A DNA stretch of 64,000 nucleotides from a virus. Positions 47,040 to 57,161 of the stretch are shown piece after piece. The notes under the pieces were generated by a model. It had not been told where the DNA came from, did no database searches, and saw only the letters and a list, made by a program, of their open reading frames with translations. The translations under genes were made by a program, and so were the position numbers. Every line of letters begins with the position of its first letter. Within the stretch, counting starts at the first letter, position 1. The DNA is taken from positions 905 through 64,904 of the IMG/VR virus record IMGVR_UViG_3300009768_000008; one strand, written 5' to 3'.

Positions 47040-47279
47040 ATGAAAGTCTTATTCGGAAAGATGCCCAGTAAGTTGATCGTACGTTTGAAGATAGCACTGG
47101 GTATCTTTACTATCTGTACGATCTTTGGGATTATAGGGTACTTTGTACCTTCTTCAAAGCCTCCCTTACTTAGAACATTTGCTGCGTTCATCCTACCACT
47201 TGCTTGTCTAACAGCAGTTCTGATCTTGTTTAAGATCATGGAATTTATCCTGTGGTGTTTTGATTGTAAGCCCAGGTAA
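47040..47279 (+). CDS. small membrane protein (79 aa)
   Basis: hydrophobic. Confidence 0.3.
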   Translation: MKVLFGKMPSKLIVRLKIALGIFTICTIFGIIGYFVPSSKPPLLRTFAAFILPLACLTAVLILFKIMEFILWCFDCKPR

Positions 47280-48363
47280 AAATATAGTACAGAGGAGGTA
47301 GGCTTGGAAGTAGCCATAAGGTAGAACCTTACTCTTGGGTTGAGGCTGGCTGAGATCAGATATACATCTAAGAGTCCTTTAAAGAGTTGCAAGTAGGACC
47401 CGTAACTGATTATGTGACGACTAAAAGTGGTAAAACTACAGGAGATATAGTCCTGATGAAAAGAAGTAAGCGTCAATAGGACTGAGTAGCTGGATTATTA
47501 TACACTCCTTAGAGCATTTGGTGTAACAACACACTCTGTACTTTTTTCTTAGCTCCGGGGATCACACCATCCGTCAATCTGGTTGTGTTATGTTTAAGCA
47601 AGCTTAAAAGAGCAGCTCCATTGGTCTGTTTACTGTCTGGTGAGCTCAGACTTTAAAAAGTAGAATGGGTCAACTGGAAAAGCTGCAGAAATATTTGTAG
47701 AACTCCTAAAAAAGTTCTATATTTGTTCTACACTGGGCCCGTCTGGTTTAGACAGCAGAGTGAGTGGTAACTACACATGTGGACAAAGTAAGAACGTCCT
47801 AAAATACTTACAAAACAATAAACGCTATGACTAAGTCTGAGCGTGTAGCAGAAGGTGAAGCTATCCTGGCTTCTATCTTCGTTGATGAGGCTGTAGCAGC
47901 CTGATCCTACGGGGGATCTATCCCTGGCAACAGAAAATAGAACTGAAGTCTTATATGAGCATACAGAACTAAACGGGACATATGCCGTAAAGTAATCCGT
48001 GTATAAGACGTAGAGTGGCTCCCTTAATAGTCTAGGCTGACCTAGAGCATTCTAACTGAAGCATGGTATACAGGGGGTGAAGCCGTGCAACCCAGCTATG
48101 GGTTACCAGAATGATACAGTTACAGATGAGCGTAGTATGTGAAAACATTCAAATAAGTATCTGTTATAAAAAGTATAGTGACTGAATGTTTGGTAGTAAT
48201 AGCATGTTTTCCTGGTTATGTCAAAACTAGGTGGTGGAGTAGGCGGTCTTGATTGGACGCCCCCAAACTACGGTGCAGATGAAGTGACGCAGTCTTTTAG
48301 ACTTGATCCAAAGTAATCAGTACTAAACATGTAATACGTTGTAGTTATTGACTTCTTTGTTGG

Positions 48364-48392
48364 ACACGAGTTCGATTCTCGTCGGGTCCACT
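48364..48392 (+). other. tRNA 3'-half-like element: T arm ACGAG-UUCGAUU-CUCGU plus acceptor CGGGUCC-A, with no 5' half
   Basis: read directly; canonical T-loop. Confidence 0.4.
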
Positions 48393-48785
48393 CTCTCAAA
48401 GCTAAGCAATCGTTAGACCCCCGGTGGTTTCTACTACTGGGGTTTTCTTTTTAAACAAGTTACTCAACATATTTTCTTAGAGATGTTCTCTTTGAAAATC
48501 TGGATACGTCTTTATCCAAGTCCCGTGGGGAAGGTCATTGAGACCATAGACTGTCACAAGAGGAAAAAACTGGAAGATTCTTACGGCAGTTAAGATATCC
48601 TGACTTCAATGTCGAAGTAACACTTGTCGTAGACGGGTTTAAAAAAGAGTAGTACAATTCTAGATATGTACGTTGATCCTGAGTATTTATACAATATACC
48701 CGCTGATACAGAAGTATCAGAGACGTAAACTCCTGTCTGACGACCAGTACGTTAAACTGGTCTTTTTACATCCTTAACCAAGCAT

Positions 48786-49094
48786 ATGGAAGAATACCTG
48801 ATTATCAACAAGAAGAATGATGAAATAGAGTACATCATCTCTGTGATTACAGACAGTATCGGAACCAGTTACATGATGCGTAGGTCTAAAGCTAGTTCCT
48901 GGTCAGAAGACGTACGTGATAAACGTGTTCTGACAATTACAGACACCGGTGACAACATGATCGTAGATCCTAAGCTCGGTAAGAAGCTTGAGTACGACGT
49001 ATATGCAGAACTTTTAATCCTAATGAACTTCATCAAGAGTAAAGACAAAAACCTCACTGAAGAATACATGGTTGCAAACTATTCAAAGCCATAA
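48786..49094 (+). CDS. hypothetical protein (102 aa)
   Basis: ORF track. Confidence 0.4.
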   Translation: MEEYLIINKKNDEIEYIISVITDSIGTSYMMRRSKASSWSEDVRDKRVLTITDTGDNMIVDPKLGKKLEYDVYAELLILMNFIKSKDKNLTEEYMVANYSKP

Positions 49095-49353
49095 TATGAG
49101 CAGAATCACTCGTCGTAACTGGACCGAAGATAAATTCGGCATAGTATCAAAAGGTAGCCTACCAGATCTTTTTGACAACACTGTTAAAAGTGTTTACAGA
49201 ATCACAGATCAGGAGTATGATCTGTTGGCAGAGAAAATGACAGAGACAGAGATGAACTTGTTTATTACGGAAAATCCAACGTATGCTGAAAAGCGTGTTA
49301 TGATTCAACTGTTGAACAAGTACATCGACTACTCAGTATTGCAAGATCAGTAA
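49072..49353 (+). CDS. hypothetical protein (93 aa)
   Basis: ORF track. Confidence 0.4.
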   Translation: MQTIQSHNMSRITRRNWTEDKFGIVSKGSLPDLFDNTVKSVYRITDQEYDLLAEKMTETEMNLFITENPTYAEKRVMIQLLNKYIDYSVLQDQ

Positions 49354-49395
49354 CCTGTATTCACAGGCATTTTAAACAAGACAAAAACATACAGC

Positions 49396-50436
49396 ATGAA
49401 CAATGTATGGTCACAACGTGGGAGCAGTTTTATCCCCGAAGAAATCACCCACCAGGTACAGAAGTTACCGGTTGGGATTTATAAAGTTCAAGAGCATCCG
49501 GCTCTGAAGTTCCTGTACTTGGATCGTGTTCAGGACAGTTTCCCTTTCCCGTATAAAGTATACGGTATTGAAAGGCCGTTCATCGACCGCGTGAAAAAGT
49601 CTTATGAAAACACCACAGGAAACTTTGGTGTACTGCTTAACGGTATGAAAGGTACCGGTAAGACTGTCACAGCTGAAATCATCTGTAACGAGATGAACCT
49701 ACCGGTTATCATCATCCCCAGGCACTATGACAGTATAGTGTCCTTCTTAAATAACATACAGCAGGATGTTATTGTTTTTATCGACGAGTTTGAGAAAATC
49801 TATGATCGGTACCAGAACAGTCTTCTGACGATCATGGATGGAGCCATGAAGACCAAACACCGTATTTTCTTCCTGCTGACTACCAATGAAACCAGGATTG
49901 ATTCAAACTTGTTACAACGTCCGAGCCGTATCCGGTACGTAAAAATGTTCAGTGACATGAAACTGGAAGTCATCATGGAAGTAGTAGATGATCTCTTAAA
50001 GCACAAACACCACAGAGAGTCTGCTATCAAGATGATCTCCGAGATGCCGATCATCACCATGGACCTGGTAAAAGCTGTGATCAACGAGATCAACATCCAC
50101 GATGAAGATCCTTACGAGTTCCGTGAGATCTTCAACGTACACGCAGATCGTTCTGAACTGTACAACATTTTTGAGATCAAAGATGGAGAACGTCTGGAGA
50201 TCAAAACGTTTGCTACGATCAGTCCAAGCTGGCTCAGTGAGTACAGTGTAGGTGAAGACTTCGAGATCAATGGAAGACCCATTGGTTACATCAAATCCGT
50301 TCTGTCTAGCCGCCAGCTCCTGGTTGCTGAAAGAGAGGACGAAGATGATGCATCCACAGAAGTAGCCCGTCTGATCCTGCTGGAACCGGCTGTAAAAACA
50401 CATAAAGCTTTTGCCGGAAGCTCTCTGGCATTTTAA
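49396..50436 (+). CDS. AAA+ ATPase (346 aa)
   Basis: Walker A GMKGTGKT; Walker B VIVFIDEFEK; sensor-1 LLTTNE; Arg-finger-like RPSRIR. Confidence 0.6.
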   Translation: MNNVWSQRGSSFIPEEITHQVQKLPVGIYKVQEHPALKFLYLDRVQDSFPFPYKVYGIERPFIDRVKKSYENTTGNFGVLLNGMKGTGKTVTAEIICNEMNLPVIIIPRHYDSIVSFLNNIQQDVIVFIDEFEKIYDRYQNSLLTIMDGAMKTKHRIFFLLTTNETRIDSNLLQRPSRIRYVKMFSDMKLEVIMEVVDDLLKHKHHRESAIKMISEMPIITMDLVKAVINEINIHDEDPYEFREIFNVHADRSELYNIFEIKDGERLEIKTFATISPSWLSEYSVGEDFEINGRPIGYIKSVLSSRQLLVAEREDEDDASTEVARLILLEPAVKTHKAFAGSSLAF

Positions 50437-50439
50437 GCC

Positions 50440-51006
50440 ATGTTGACAAAAGAAGAATATAAAGAACTTAAAGATTCCTTCTTCAACTTTATGAAGAAGC
50501 TTCTGGTCGAACAAGGTGACCTGAATCCCTGTATTGTACTAATGGGAAAGAAGCTTGCTAATGCCTTGGGAGAAGAAGAAGAATCAAACGCAGTAGTTTA
50601 CGTTCCCATTCCTGGTAAGTACATGAAGACAGAGAAGACCAAGGAAGAATTTGTAACAGAAGTAATACCAAAAATGGGAACAGAAATACGTCAATACTTT
50701 TCTATCTACGCAGTAGCATGGGTAGCAGAAGCCTGGGTACGTGAAGTTCATCAAGGTGAAGTTCCTGTTAACTGGAAAGATCTTCCTATTCAAAAAGAAG
50801 TTTTGATCATTACGATTGAAACCAAGGATGCCACAGAAGGTATTACATTTGAGATCAAACGAAACGGGAAAGAAGTAAACGCAGAAGGTGAGCTGATTGA
50901 CCACATCGAACTGATCGAAGATATACGAGCCAATGGGTTTATTCCTTCAGGAGGACGTTTCAGTGGTTTGTACAAACAATTCACAGAATCTGGGACAAGC
51001 TCTTAA
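50440..51006 (+). CDS. hypothetical protein (188 aa)
   Basis: ORF track. Confidence 0.45.
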   Translation: MLTKEEYKELKDSFFNFMKKLLVEQGDLNPCIVLMGKKLANALGEEEESNAVVYVPIPGKYMKTEKTKEEFVTEVIPKMGTEIRQYFSIYAVAWVAEAWVREVHQGEVPVNWKDLPIQKEVLIITIETKDATEGITFEIKRNGKEVNAEGELIDHIELIEDIRANGFIPSGGRFSGLYKQFTESGTSS

Positions 51007-51325
51007 ACTTGTTCCAGATTTTTATATAGTACCCCCTTTTTTTCATTAATACAAAGCTTATGAATTGGTTAAAAAAACTATTCACTAAAGATGATTGTGA
51101 ACAAGCTAAAAAAGAGCTGGAGCAAAAAGTCGTCATCTTAGAGGCTGAACTGGAGAAAAGGCAGGAAGCCATTAACCGGACCAATGCCTACTGGAAAAAA
51201 CGCTTCTACAACAGACGAAGAAATCCTTCCAGTTCCTGATTATAGCTCTATTATCCACACTTCCAAACTCCGGATTTTGTATAACTAGTTGTAGACCTTA
51301 TCTTTATAAGATAAGTAAACACCCT

Positions 51326-51586
51326 ATGTTGTACCAACTGCCAAACGGTAAGGTCATTGAGATCTCCACTGAGCAGTATCTGGAACTATCTGATGAAGAA
51401 CTGGAATACCTCGTTGCTTACAATTACGGAGAAACCGTGGAAAACCCATGGTTTGGATCCGTTTTAAGCAGACGTGAATCAGCTTCCATCACTGAAGATC
51501 CAGAAACAGCTGAAGATCTGACTGAGATTCCGGAAGAAGATAAGCTATCTGCACTTGATATGGACTTTGAGCCTGAGGAAGAATAA
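51326..51586 (+). CDS. acidic hypothetical protein (86 aa)
   Basis: ORF track. Confidence 0.35.
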   Translation: MLYQLPNGKVIEISTEQYLELSDEELEYLVAYNYGETVENPWFGSVLSRRESASITEDPETAEDLTEIPEEDKLSALDMDFEPEEE

Positions 51587-51673
51587 TCCCCAAGCCTGAG
51601 TTTCTCAATAACGTAATAACCCTGGTTACCTGAGGTAGCTGGGGTTTTTTATTCATTCCCTAAACAGTTCGTT

Positions 51674-52147
51674 ATGTACGGAAAAGTAAAGGTGACTGCT
51701 GATGAAAACGGAAACATCATCGGTCGGTCCCAAAACAACCCCGAGTTCGGCTATATCCGTGTAGAACAACAGGTTACGCAAATCAACCAGGAAGGTTGGC
51801 TCAGGCGTGCCACTCGTTCTGCTCTGATCAAAGGCCGTGTAGATGATTTGGTAGCAGCGTCGTTCACTGCTGGCCAGGAACTCCCCGGAAAGATCGTAGT
51901 ACGGGAGTCTTTTGAACCCTTCAATCCGCAGAATCCGGATCGTGATCTGAAAATGGCGGGAACCACCGGCGTTATCTGCCGCGTAGGTGATCAGCCGATC
52001 TATCGTCAAAGCTTCTATGTCACTGATGATACAGCTTCTGATGAGCTGATCATGCACGACAACAGAGAAGAGATCCGCCAGGTCCAAGCTGTCTTACGTC
52101 TGACAGAAAAGGACACCTTTAAAGAAACACCTGTAGCTACTCTCTAA
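51674..52147 (+). CDS. hypothetical protein (157 aa)
   Basis: ORF track. Confidence 0.45.
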   Translation: MYGKVKVTADENGNIIGRSQNNPEFGYIRVEQQVTQINQEGWLRRATRSALIKGRVDDLVAASFTAGQELPGKIVVRESFEPFNPQNPDRDLKMAGTTGVICRVGDQPIYRQSFYVTDDTASDELIMHDNREEIRQVQAVLRLTEKDTFKETPVATL

Positions 52148-52266
52148 GTAGCTCTATAAGAGTAGGAGTGCCTGGTAACCTAGTTACTGGGCACTCTTTT
52201 TATATGTAGACTATTCTTTGGAGAACTGTCACAAGTTCTCTAACTTCACCATTTAAACTGTAGATC

Positions 52267-52788
52267 ATGCGTTACAATCCTCACAAGACCGTATCCGCTA
52301 ACTCTAAAGGCATCATTATCTCCTTCAGAGATGTAAACAAACATAAGTTTCAACCTTATGAAGCTCTTCACATAGAAGAAATTCAGACCAAGGGCCGGAA
52401 ACGGTACCAGGAACTGGAAAAGCCGGCTTTCAACAAAGTTCAGCAACAGCTCTATGCCGAAGCTGTCTATGGTTTAAGCCATTACTCTGAGGATGATGTC
52501 AACAAGATGTCCAAGTCTAAGAAATTACGCGTACTTGCTAAGTACGCAAAAGCCCAACGGATCCTTAACCGGTGGAAACAAGAGATTATAAACGAGAGGG
52601 TGGATAGCTTTCTTATGGCTTTCTTCCCTAACTCACCGATCACTAAAGCCCTGGTTGAGACCAAAGGTCATGACCGATCCATCCATGAAAGTCATTCTTT
52701 CAAAGAACTGGGACTCTCCCAACAAGACGTAGCCTCTAAACTCATGGAGGTCAACATTTTACCCAAAAACTTTTATCAACTAGTATGA
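52267..52788 (+). CDS. hypothetical protein (173 aa); preceded by the palindrome GAGAAC-tgtcacaa-GTTCTC
   Basis: ORF track. Confidence 0.45.
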   Translation: MRYNPHKTVSANSKGIIISFRDVNKHKFQPYEALHIEEIQTKGRKRYQELEKPAFNKVQQQLYAEAVYGLSHYSEDDVNKMSKSKKLRVLAKYAKAQRILNRWKQEIINERVDSFLMAFFPNSPITKALVETKGHDRSIHESHSFKELGLSQQDVASKLMEVNILPKNFYQLV

Positions 52789-53069
52789 AAAAGATCTATA
52801 AGTATCCAATCAATCCTGGGTTCAACGGAGTTTGGATAGTAGACATCCCCCAAGAAGCAACCTTTTTATATGCAGGACTGGACCCTACTGGTCAACTCTG
52901 TATGTGGTGGGAGATAGACCCTGATGAAGAAGCCACACCCTGTACATTCTGTATTGTAGGTACAGGGCAAGAGTATGATCCAAACGAGTGGGTATACCTG
53001 CAAACAGTTCAAGATGGCCGCTTCATGTGGCATCTTTTTTCATCGAGCAAAGACATCAAAGAAGTATGA
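52785..53069 (+). CDS. hypothetical protein (94 aa)
   Basis: ORF track. Confidence 0.4.
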   Translation: MKKIYKYPINPGFNGVWIVDIPQEATFLYAGLDPTGQLCMWWEIDPDEEATPCTFCIVGTGQEYDPNEWVYLQTVQDGRFMWHLFSSSKDIKEV

Positions 53070-53470
53070 TCCAAACCAAGTTAAAACCGTGTGCCGGCTG
53101 TAAACAGCTGAAGCATATATGGAAGTCCCATGGAAAGGAAAAGTACTGTAAAGAGTGCTGGTACTCTATGGAAAAACCCAAACCCATCCCGCCTATCTCT
53201 AAGAAAAGGAAGACGGAGATGTCCGAGTATGATAAACGCAGAAGTCTGTTCTTGATAGCGAATCCTAAGTGTCAGGCCAATCTCGTGGGGTGTACGTTGG
53301 TAGCAACCGATGTACACCACACGGAGGGCCGTATAGGAGAGAACTATCTGAACATGTCTAAGTGGAAAGCTCTCTGCAGAAACTGTCATACCTGGATAGA
53401 AACACATCCCGAAGAGGCTAAAGAGCTTGGCCTTTCTTCATCACGTTTAAACGAACCTAAAAATGAATAA
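53066..53470 (+). CDS. HNH endonuclease (134 aa from the Met at 53066)
   Basis: Cys pairs CAGC/CKEC; DVHHTEGR...N...CRNCH matches the HNH motif; ATGA start/stop overlap. Confidence 0.55.
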   Translation: MIQTKLKPCAGCKQLKHIWKSHGKEKYCKECWYSMEKPKPIPPISKKRKTEMSEYDKRRSLFLIANPKCQANLVGCTLVATDVHHTEGRIGENYLNMSKWKALCRNCHTWIETHPEEAKELGLSSSRLNEPKNE

Positions 53471-53741
53471 GTATTCCCTGTTACTGAACATCGGTATCAT
53501 AGTTATCTGTGCGTTGTTCTTGGCTCAGATCTCTATCCAGTTCAAACCGTTCAAAATCGAACTGAAGAACTGGTTACAAGCCGTGGGATACCTGGTACTG
53601 TTTGCCGGTATCGGTATTCTGATCGTAGACACACACTCAAAAGCTTATGCAAAGGGTGTTCATGATGGTGGTGAGGTCTATGAGAAAGCCTTGATAGAAA
53701 AAATCAATGAGTTCAAGATGAACCACCCGACCAAAGAATAA
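53463..53741 (+). CDS. membrane protein (92 aa)
   Basis: two TM helices. Confidence 0.4.
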   Translation: MNKYSLLLNIGIIVICALFLAQISIQFKPFKIELKNWLQAVGYLVLFAGIGILIVDTHSKAYAKGVHDGGEVYEKALIEKINEFKMNHPTKE

Positions 53742-53763
53742 TTCTAACACCAAAAACATAGTT

Positions 53764-54498
53764 ATGCATCTCTATAGTAAGTATGCATCAGAAGCTGCTG
53801 CGTATTGCAGACAAAAAATCAAAGAGTTCAAAGAGGATCAGGACCGTGATCCTAACAAAGTATTCAGTGTCCACTATAACGCAAGACATCGGGATCAGGT
53901 GTGGATACCATGGGTATATTGGAAATGGAGGAGTACAGATATGGAACCTGGTTGTCACATACTCAAAGGCTTTGTGGCCAACACTCTTGAACAAGTAGAC
54001 CTGGGGGACAACAGAAGGGTCACCAGTGGATCTTTCAAGTATAATCGTACTAAGAATGCCCTGGTAGGTACTATTAACACAAGTAAACACTACGAGTCTC
54101 TCTTAAAGCATTCAATCCGGTTCAAAGAAGAGATCAACGCTGATAAAGCTACTTTGTTTATACAGATCCATGGCAGAACAAAAGTGTATGTAACACTCTC
54201 TATTGAACTGAAGAACGGGTTTGTTGATAATACACTTGTAGCTCAAGTAGAAAAAAGGATCGAAAACGGGATCAAAGTCTCACTTGAAAAAGCTCTGAAA
54301 AACTGCAAAGGAAAACTGAGCAGAATTGATGAACGGATAGCATTGAATAACGGGTTAGCTAAGACAAAAGTAGATATTGAGCTTAGTCTGAATACATATG
54401 AGTCTATCCCGAACATTCCCTACACCATTTCTTTCAAAAAATCTGTAAACCATGATGAAGCTAAAAATAGACACGAGCAAGCTAACCTCGACGCATAG
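53764..54498 (+). CDS. hypothetical protein (244 aa)
   Basis: ORF track. Confidence 0.45.
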   Translation: MHLYSKYASEAAAYCRQKIKEFKEDQDRDPNKVFSVHYNARHRDQVWIPWVYWKWRSTDMEPGCHILKGFVANTLEQVDLGDNRRVTSGSFKYNRTKNALVGTINTSKHYESLLKHSIRFKEEINADKATLFIQIHGRTKVYVTLSIELKNGFVDNTLVAQVEKRIENGIKVSLEKALKNCKGKLSRIDERIALNNGLAKTKVDIELSLNTYESIPNIPYTISFKKSVNHDEAKNRHEQANLDA

Positions 54499-55231
54499 AT
54501 ATGAGATGTTCGAGTATGTAGTATGTGGGCTACCTCAACTTGGTCTGACAGAGGCCCTGCGTCTTTGGAGAACAAAGTATGATGACTTCAAAGACTTCAA
54601 CAAAGAAGTTATTGAAGGAAAACCAGGCATGAAAGACTTCGGTGAGTTCGTATACGAGATGTGGGACAAAATCCAAAAAGTAACCGTCACAGAAGCCCTG
54701 GCTTTGGAGAATGCGGAAAAACGCAGAGTATACTTTGACTGCATTGGTGTTGAGACCATCTTTAAACAGATGGAACCAACCCTCAGAGATCGTCAGGTCA
54801 TCAAGAAAAAACGCATGCGTTGGGACACTAACAATGACCCGTACGATTACGAGTTTGAGGATGTCTACGAACTCTATGAGATCGAAGGAGAAAAACTCTT
54901 TGGTAAAGACAGATGGAACCGGATGTTAAACCCGGTTTACGCAGTAAGATGCTGGTGTACTACCACAAACCGTGAGTACTGGCTCTATGTATCACCAGAA
55001 GCTGTAGAAGAAGGTCCGGTTGCAAGATGGGGCAGAAGACAACAAGAAGAGATAAAGTATGATGCTATCAGTGCCATAGCATGGACTATCAGGATAGACA
55101 TCAGTCATCCTGAACGTATCTACCGGCAAGGAGATATCATCGTAGCCAAAATGAGTGATCAAAGTGAGACTGTAAGCCGTTACCATCTTACCAAAGAAAA
55201 CTATCTCGAGCTGATGTATTCTGAAACCTGA
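54452..55231 (+). CDS. hypothetical protein (259 aa)
   Basis: ORF track. Confidence 0.45.
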   Translation: MMKLKIDTSKLTSTHRYEMFEYVVCGLPQLGLTEALRLWRTKYDDFKDFNKEVIEGKPGMKDFGEFVYEMWDKIQKVTVTEALALENAEKRRVYFDCIGVETIFKQMEPTLRDRQVIKKKRMRWDTNNDPYDYEFEDVYELYEIEGEKLFGKDRWNRMLNPVYAVRCWCTTTNREYWLYVSPEAVEEGPVARWGRRQQEEIKYDAISAIAWTIRIDISHPERIYRQGDIIVAKMSDQSETVSRYHLTKENYLELMYSET

Positions 55232-55270
55232 TACCAGGTTTCCTTTTATAACCGTTTTAAAAACAGAACC

Positions 55271-55522
55271 ATGGCAGTAAAGAAAGCTAAGCGGATCGTG
55301 CTTGGAGAAGGAGAGATCTTCGGACACAAGCATATCCTGGAATGCAACAAAGACATGAGTGTTGAAGAGACAAATAACTCTATCACATTCATGCTGCACG
55401 AAATGGGTATCCTTACTCATGACGAGCATGATCGTATGGTGTTTGAGCCCGGTAAATACCGATCTTATAACCAGGTCGAGTACAATCCATTCGACGGATC
55501 TGTATCTCGTGTATATGACTAA
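55271..55522 (+). CDS. hypothetical protein (83 aa)
   Basis: ORF track. Confidence 0.4.
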   Translation: MAVKKAKRIVLGEGEIFGHKHILECNKDMSVEETNNSITFMLHEMGILTHDEHDRMVFEPGKYRSYNQVEYNPFDGSVSRVYD

Positions 55523-55533
55523 ACCCGTAACAC

Positions 55534-55821
55534 ATGAATCAGGACAACTATAAAAAGCCCGCATACCCGGAACCAACTAGTGAAGACGGTTGGCCAACCA
55601 CAACTAATACGGGCTTTACAAAGCTTGAAGCTGCAAGCATACAGATAGCTACTGGTCTATTAAATCTAGATCCTAGTTGGGAAACAATGTTTTCTACGCC
55701 TTTGGATGAGCCAAAAAAAGGAAGCAAGTTCTCACAAGCTAAACTAGCTCGTAATGCTGTAGCCATAGCTAAGGCTGTTCTTGATGAGTGTGCAAAAGAA
55801 CAACAAGATGAGCAAACGTAA
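55534..55821 (+). CDS. hypothetical protein (95 aa)
   Basis: ORF track. Confidence 0.4.
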   Translation: MNQDNYKKPAYPEPTSEDGWPTTTNTGFTKLEAASIQIATGLLNLDPSWETMFSTPLDEPKKGSKFSQAKLARNAVAIAKAVLDECAKEQQDEQT

Positions 55822-56905
55822 CGAAGTCCAGAAAGAAGCTCTCGAAATGGCTGTAAAACATAAACACTGTGGACTGGGCATTAGTATGGGCGTCGGTAAA
55901 ACTCTCATCGGTTTACGGTATGTAGATCATTTCCAGAAGGAAAAAGATGGGAATCTTAAAGTGCTGGTAGCAGCACCTAAGGTTTCCATCTTTGAAACCT
56001 GGAAAGCTGAAGGAAAGAAGCATGGTATATCAACTGACAACATAGAGTTTACAACCTATTTGTCACTGAACAAGCTTACTCCTTCTCACTATGATATCGT
56101 AATCTTAGATGAGTGTCACAGTTTACTCTACAGTCATGAGATCTTTCTTTCTCAGTTCACAGGGCGTATACTTGGCTTGAGCGGAACTCCGCCCAGGTAC
56201 CATAAGTCCGAAAAAGGACAAATGGTATTCAAGTACTGCCCTATTATGTACACGTACATCACGGATGATGCTGTGGACGATAATATTCTTAACGACTACA
56301 GAATCATAGTACACCGTCTGAGCTTAGATGAGAGGCTAATCATGCCGGTAAAAACAAAGAACAACACCACCTTCTATACGTCCGAGAAGAAGACCTACGA
56401 CTACTGGACAAAACGTTTTATGACTGCTGGCTCAAAGAAAGAAGAGCAGATAACAGCTGTCATGAGGATGAAGTCTATGATAGATTTCCGTAGTAAGGAG
56501 GTCTATACAAAAACTCTTCTAGACGAGATAGAAGACAAGTGTCTTGCTTTTTGTAATACTCAGGCCCAGGCTGACAGGATCTGTGAACACTCTATACATT
56601 CTGAAAACCCGAAGGCAGATGAAAATCTGGTAAAGTTTAAGAATGATGAAATCACAAAAGCTTCTTGTGTTCTTCAACTCAATGAGGGTGTCAATATACC
56701 GAATCTAAGAGCAGCTGTTATCATGCACGCCTACGGTAATGAACGTAAAAGCAATCAACGTATAGGTAGATTACTCAGGTTGAACCCAGACGATACCGCG
56801 GTTATTCATGTACTGTGTTATAAGGATACCGTTGATGAACGCTGGGTAGCTGAAGCCCTGAAAGACCTCGACCCTAAAAAGATCAAGTACCATGATGTTA
56901 CGTAA
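55781..56905 (+). CDS. superfamily-2 DNA/RNA helicase (DExH-type), 374 aa
   Basis: motif I GISMGVGKT, II ILDECHSL, III LSGTP, VI QRIGRLLR. Confidence 0.6.
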   Translation: MMSVQKNNKMSKRNEVQKEALEMAVKHKHCGLGISMGVGKTLIGLRYVDHFQKEKDGNLKVLVAAPKVSIFETWKAEGKKHGISTDNIEFTTYLSLNKLTPSHYDIVILDECHSLLYSHEIFLSQFTGRILGLSGTPPRYHKSEKGQMVFKYCPIMYTYITDDAVDDNILNDYRIIVHRLSLDERLIMPVKTKNNTTFYTSEKKTYDYWTKRFMTAGSKKEEQITAVMRMKSMIDFRSKEVYTKTLLDEIEDKCLAFCNTQAQADRICEHSIHSENPKADENLVKFKNDEITKASCVLQLNEGVNIPNLRAAVIMHAYGNERKSNQRIGRLLRLNPDDTAVIHVLCYKDTVDERWVAEALKDLDPKKIKYHDVT

Positions 56906-57161
56906 ATCAGATATTCTTCTTAAGATAGAAGAACCTCCTGTAGATTCATTCTTTTCACCAGGTGTCACAGTTGTCACCGGGTGGTACAAAGACAATAGTG
57001 CTATGGTTGATGACCACCTCTGTATAAAATTCCCCGAGCTTGAGAACATAGAAGAACTCTATGATCTTCAGGAAGGAGCACTTGAATACTCAGGGCGTCT
57101 TACCAAAGATGAACTGAAAGATGAACTTGAAAGTCTTGGATTCCAAACTGTAATTGTATGA
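56892..57161 (+). CDS. hypothetical protein (89 aa)
   Basis: ORF track. Confidence 0.35.
   Translation: MMLRKSDILLKIEEPPVDSFFSPGVTVVTGWYKDNSAMVDDHLCIKFPELENIEELYDLQEGALEYSGRLTKDELKDELESLGFQTVIV

Noticed and set aside
48364-48392. Integrase-associated attP
   Set aside because: A tRNA 3' half is present but no tyrosine or serine recombinase ORF was found in the window, so it is kept only as a low-confidence finding.
44097-48785. Alternative genetic code (stop-codon reassignment) as the explanation for the ORF-free tracts
   Set aside because: All long structural and replication genes are intact in the standard code. None of the folded tRNAs has a CUA, UCA or UUA-type suppressor anticodon; Leu-UAA and Ser-UGA are ordinary sense tRNAs. 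Test translations across TGA and TAG gave no sensible continuation.
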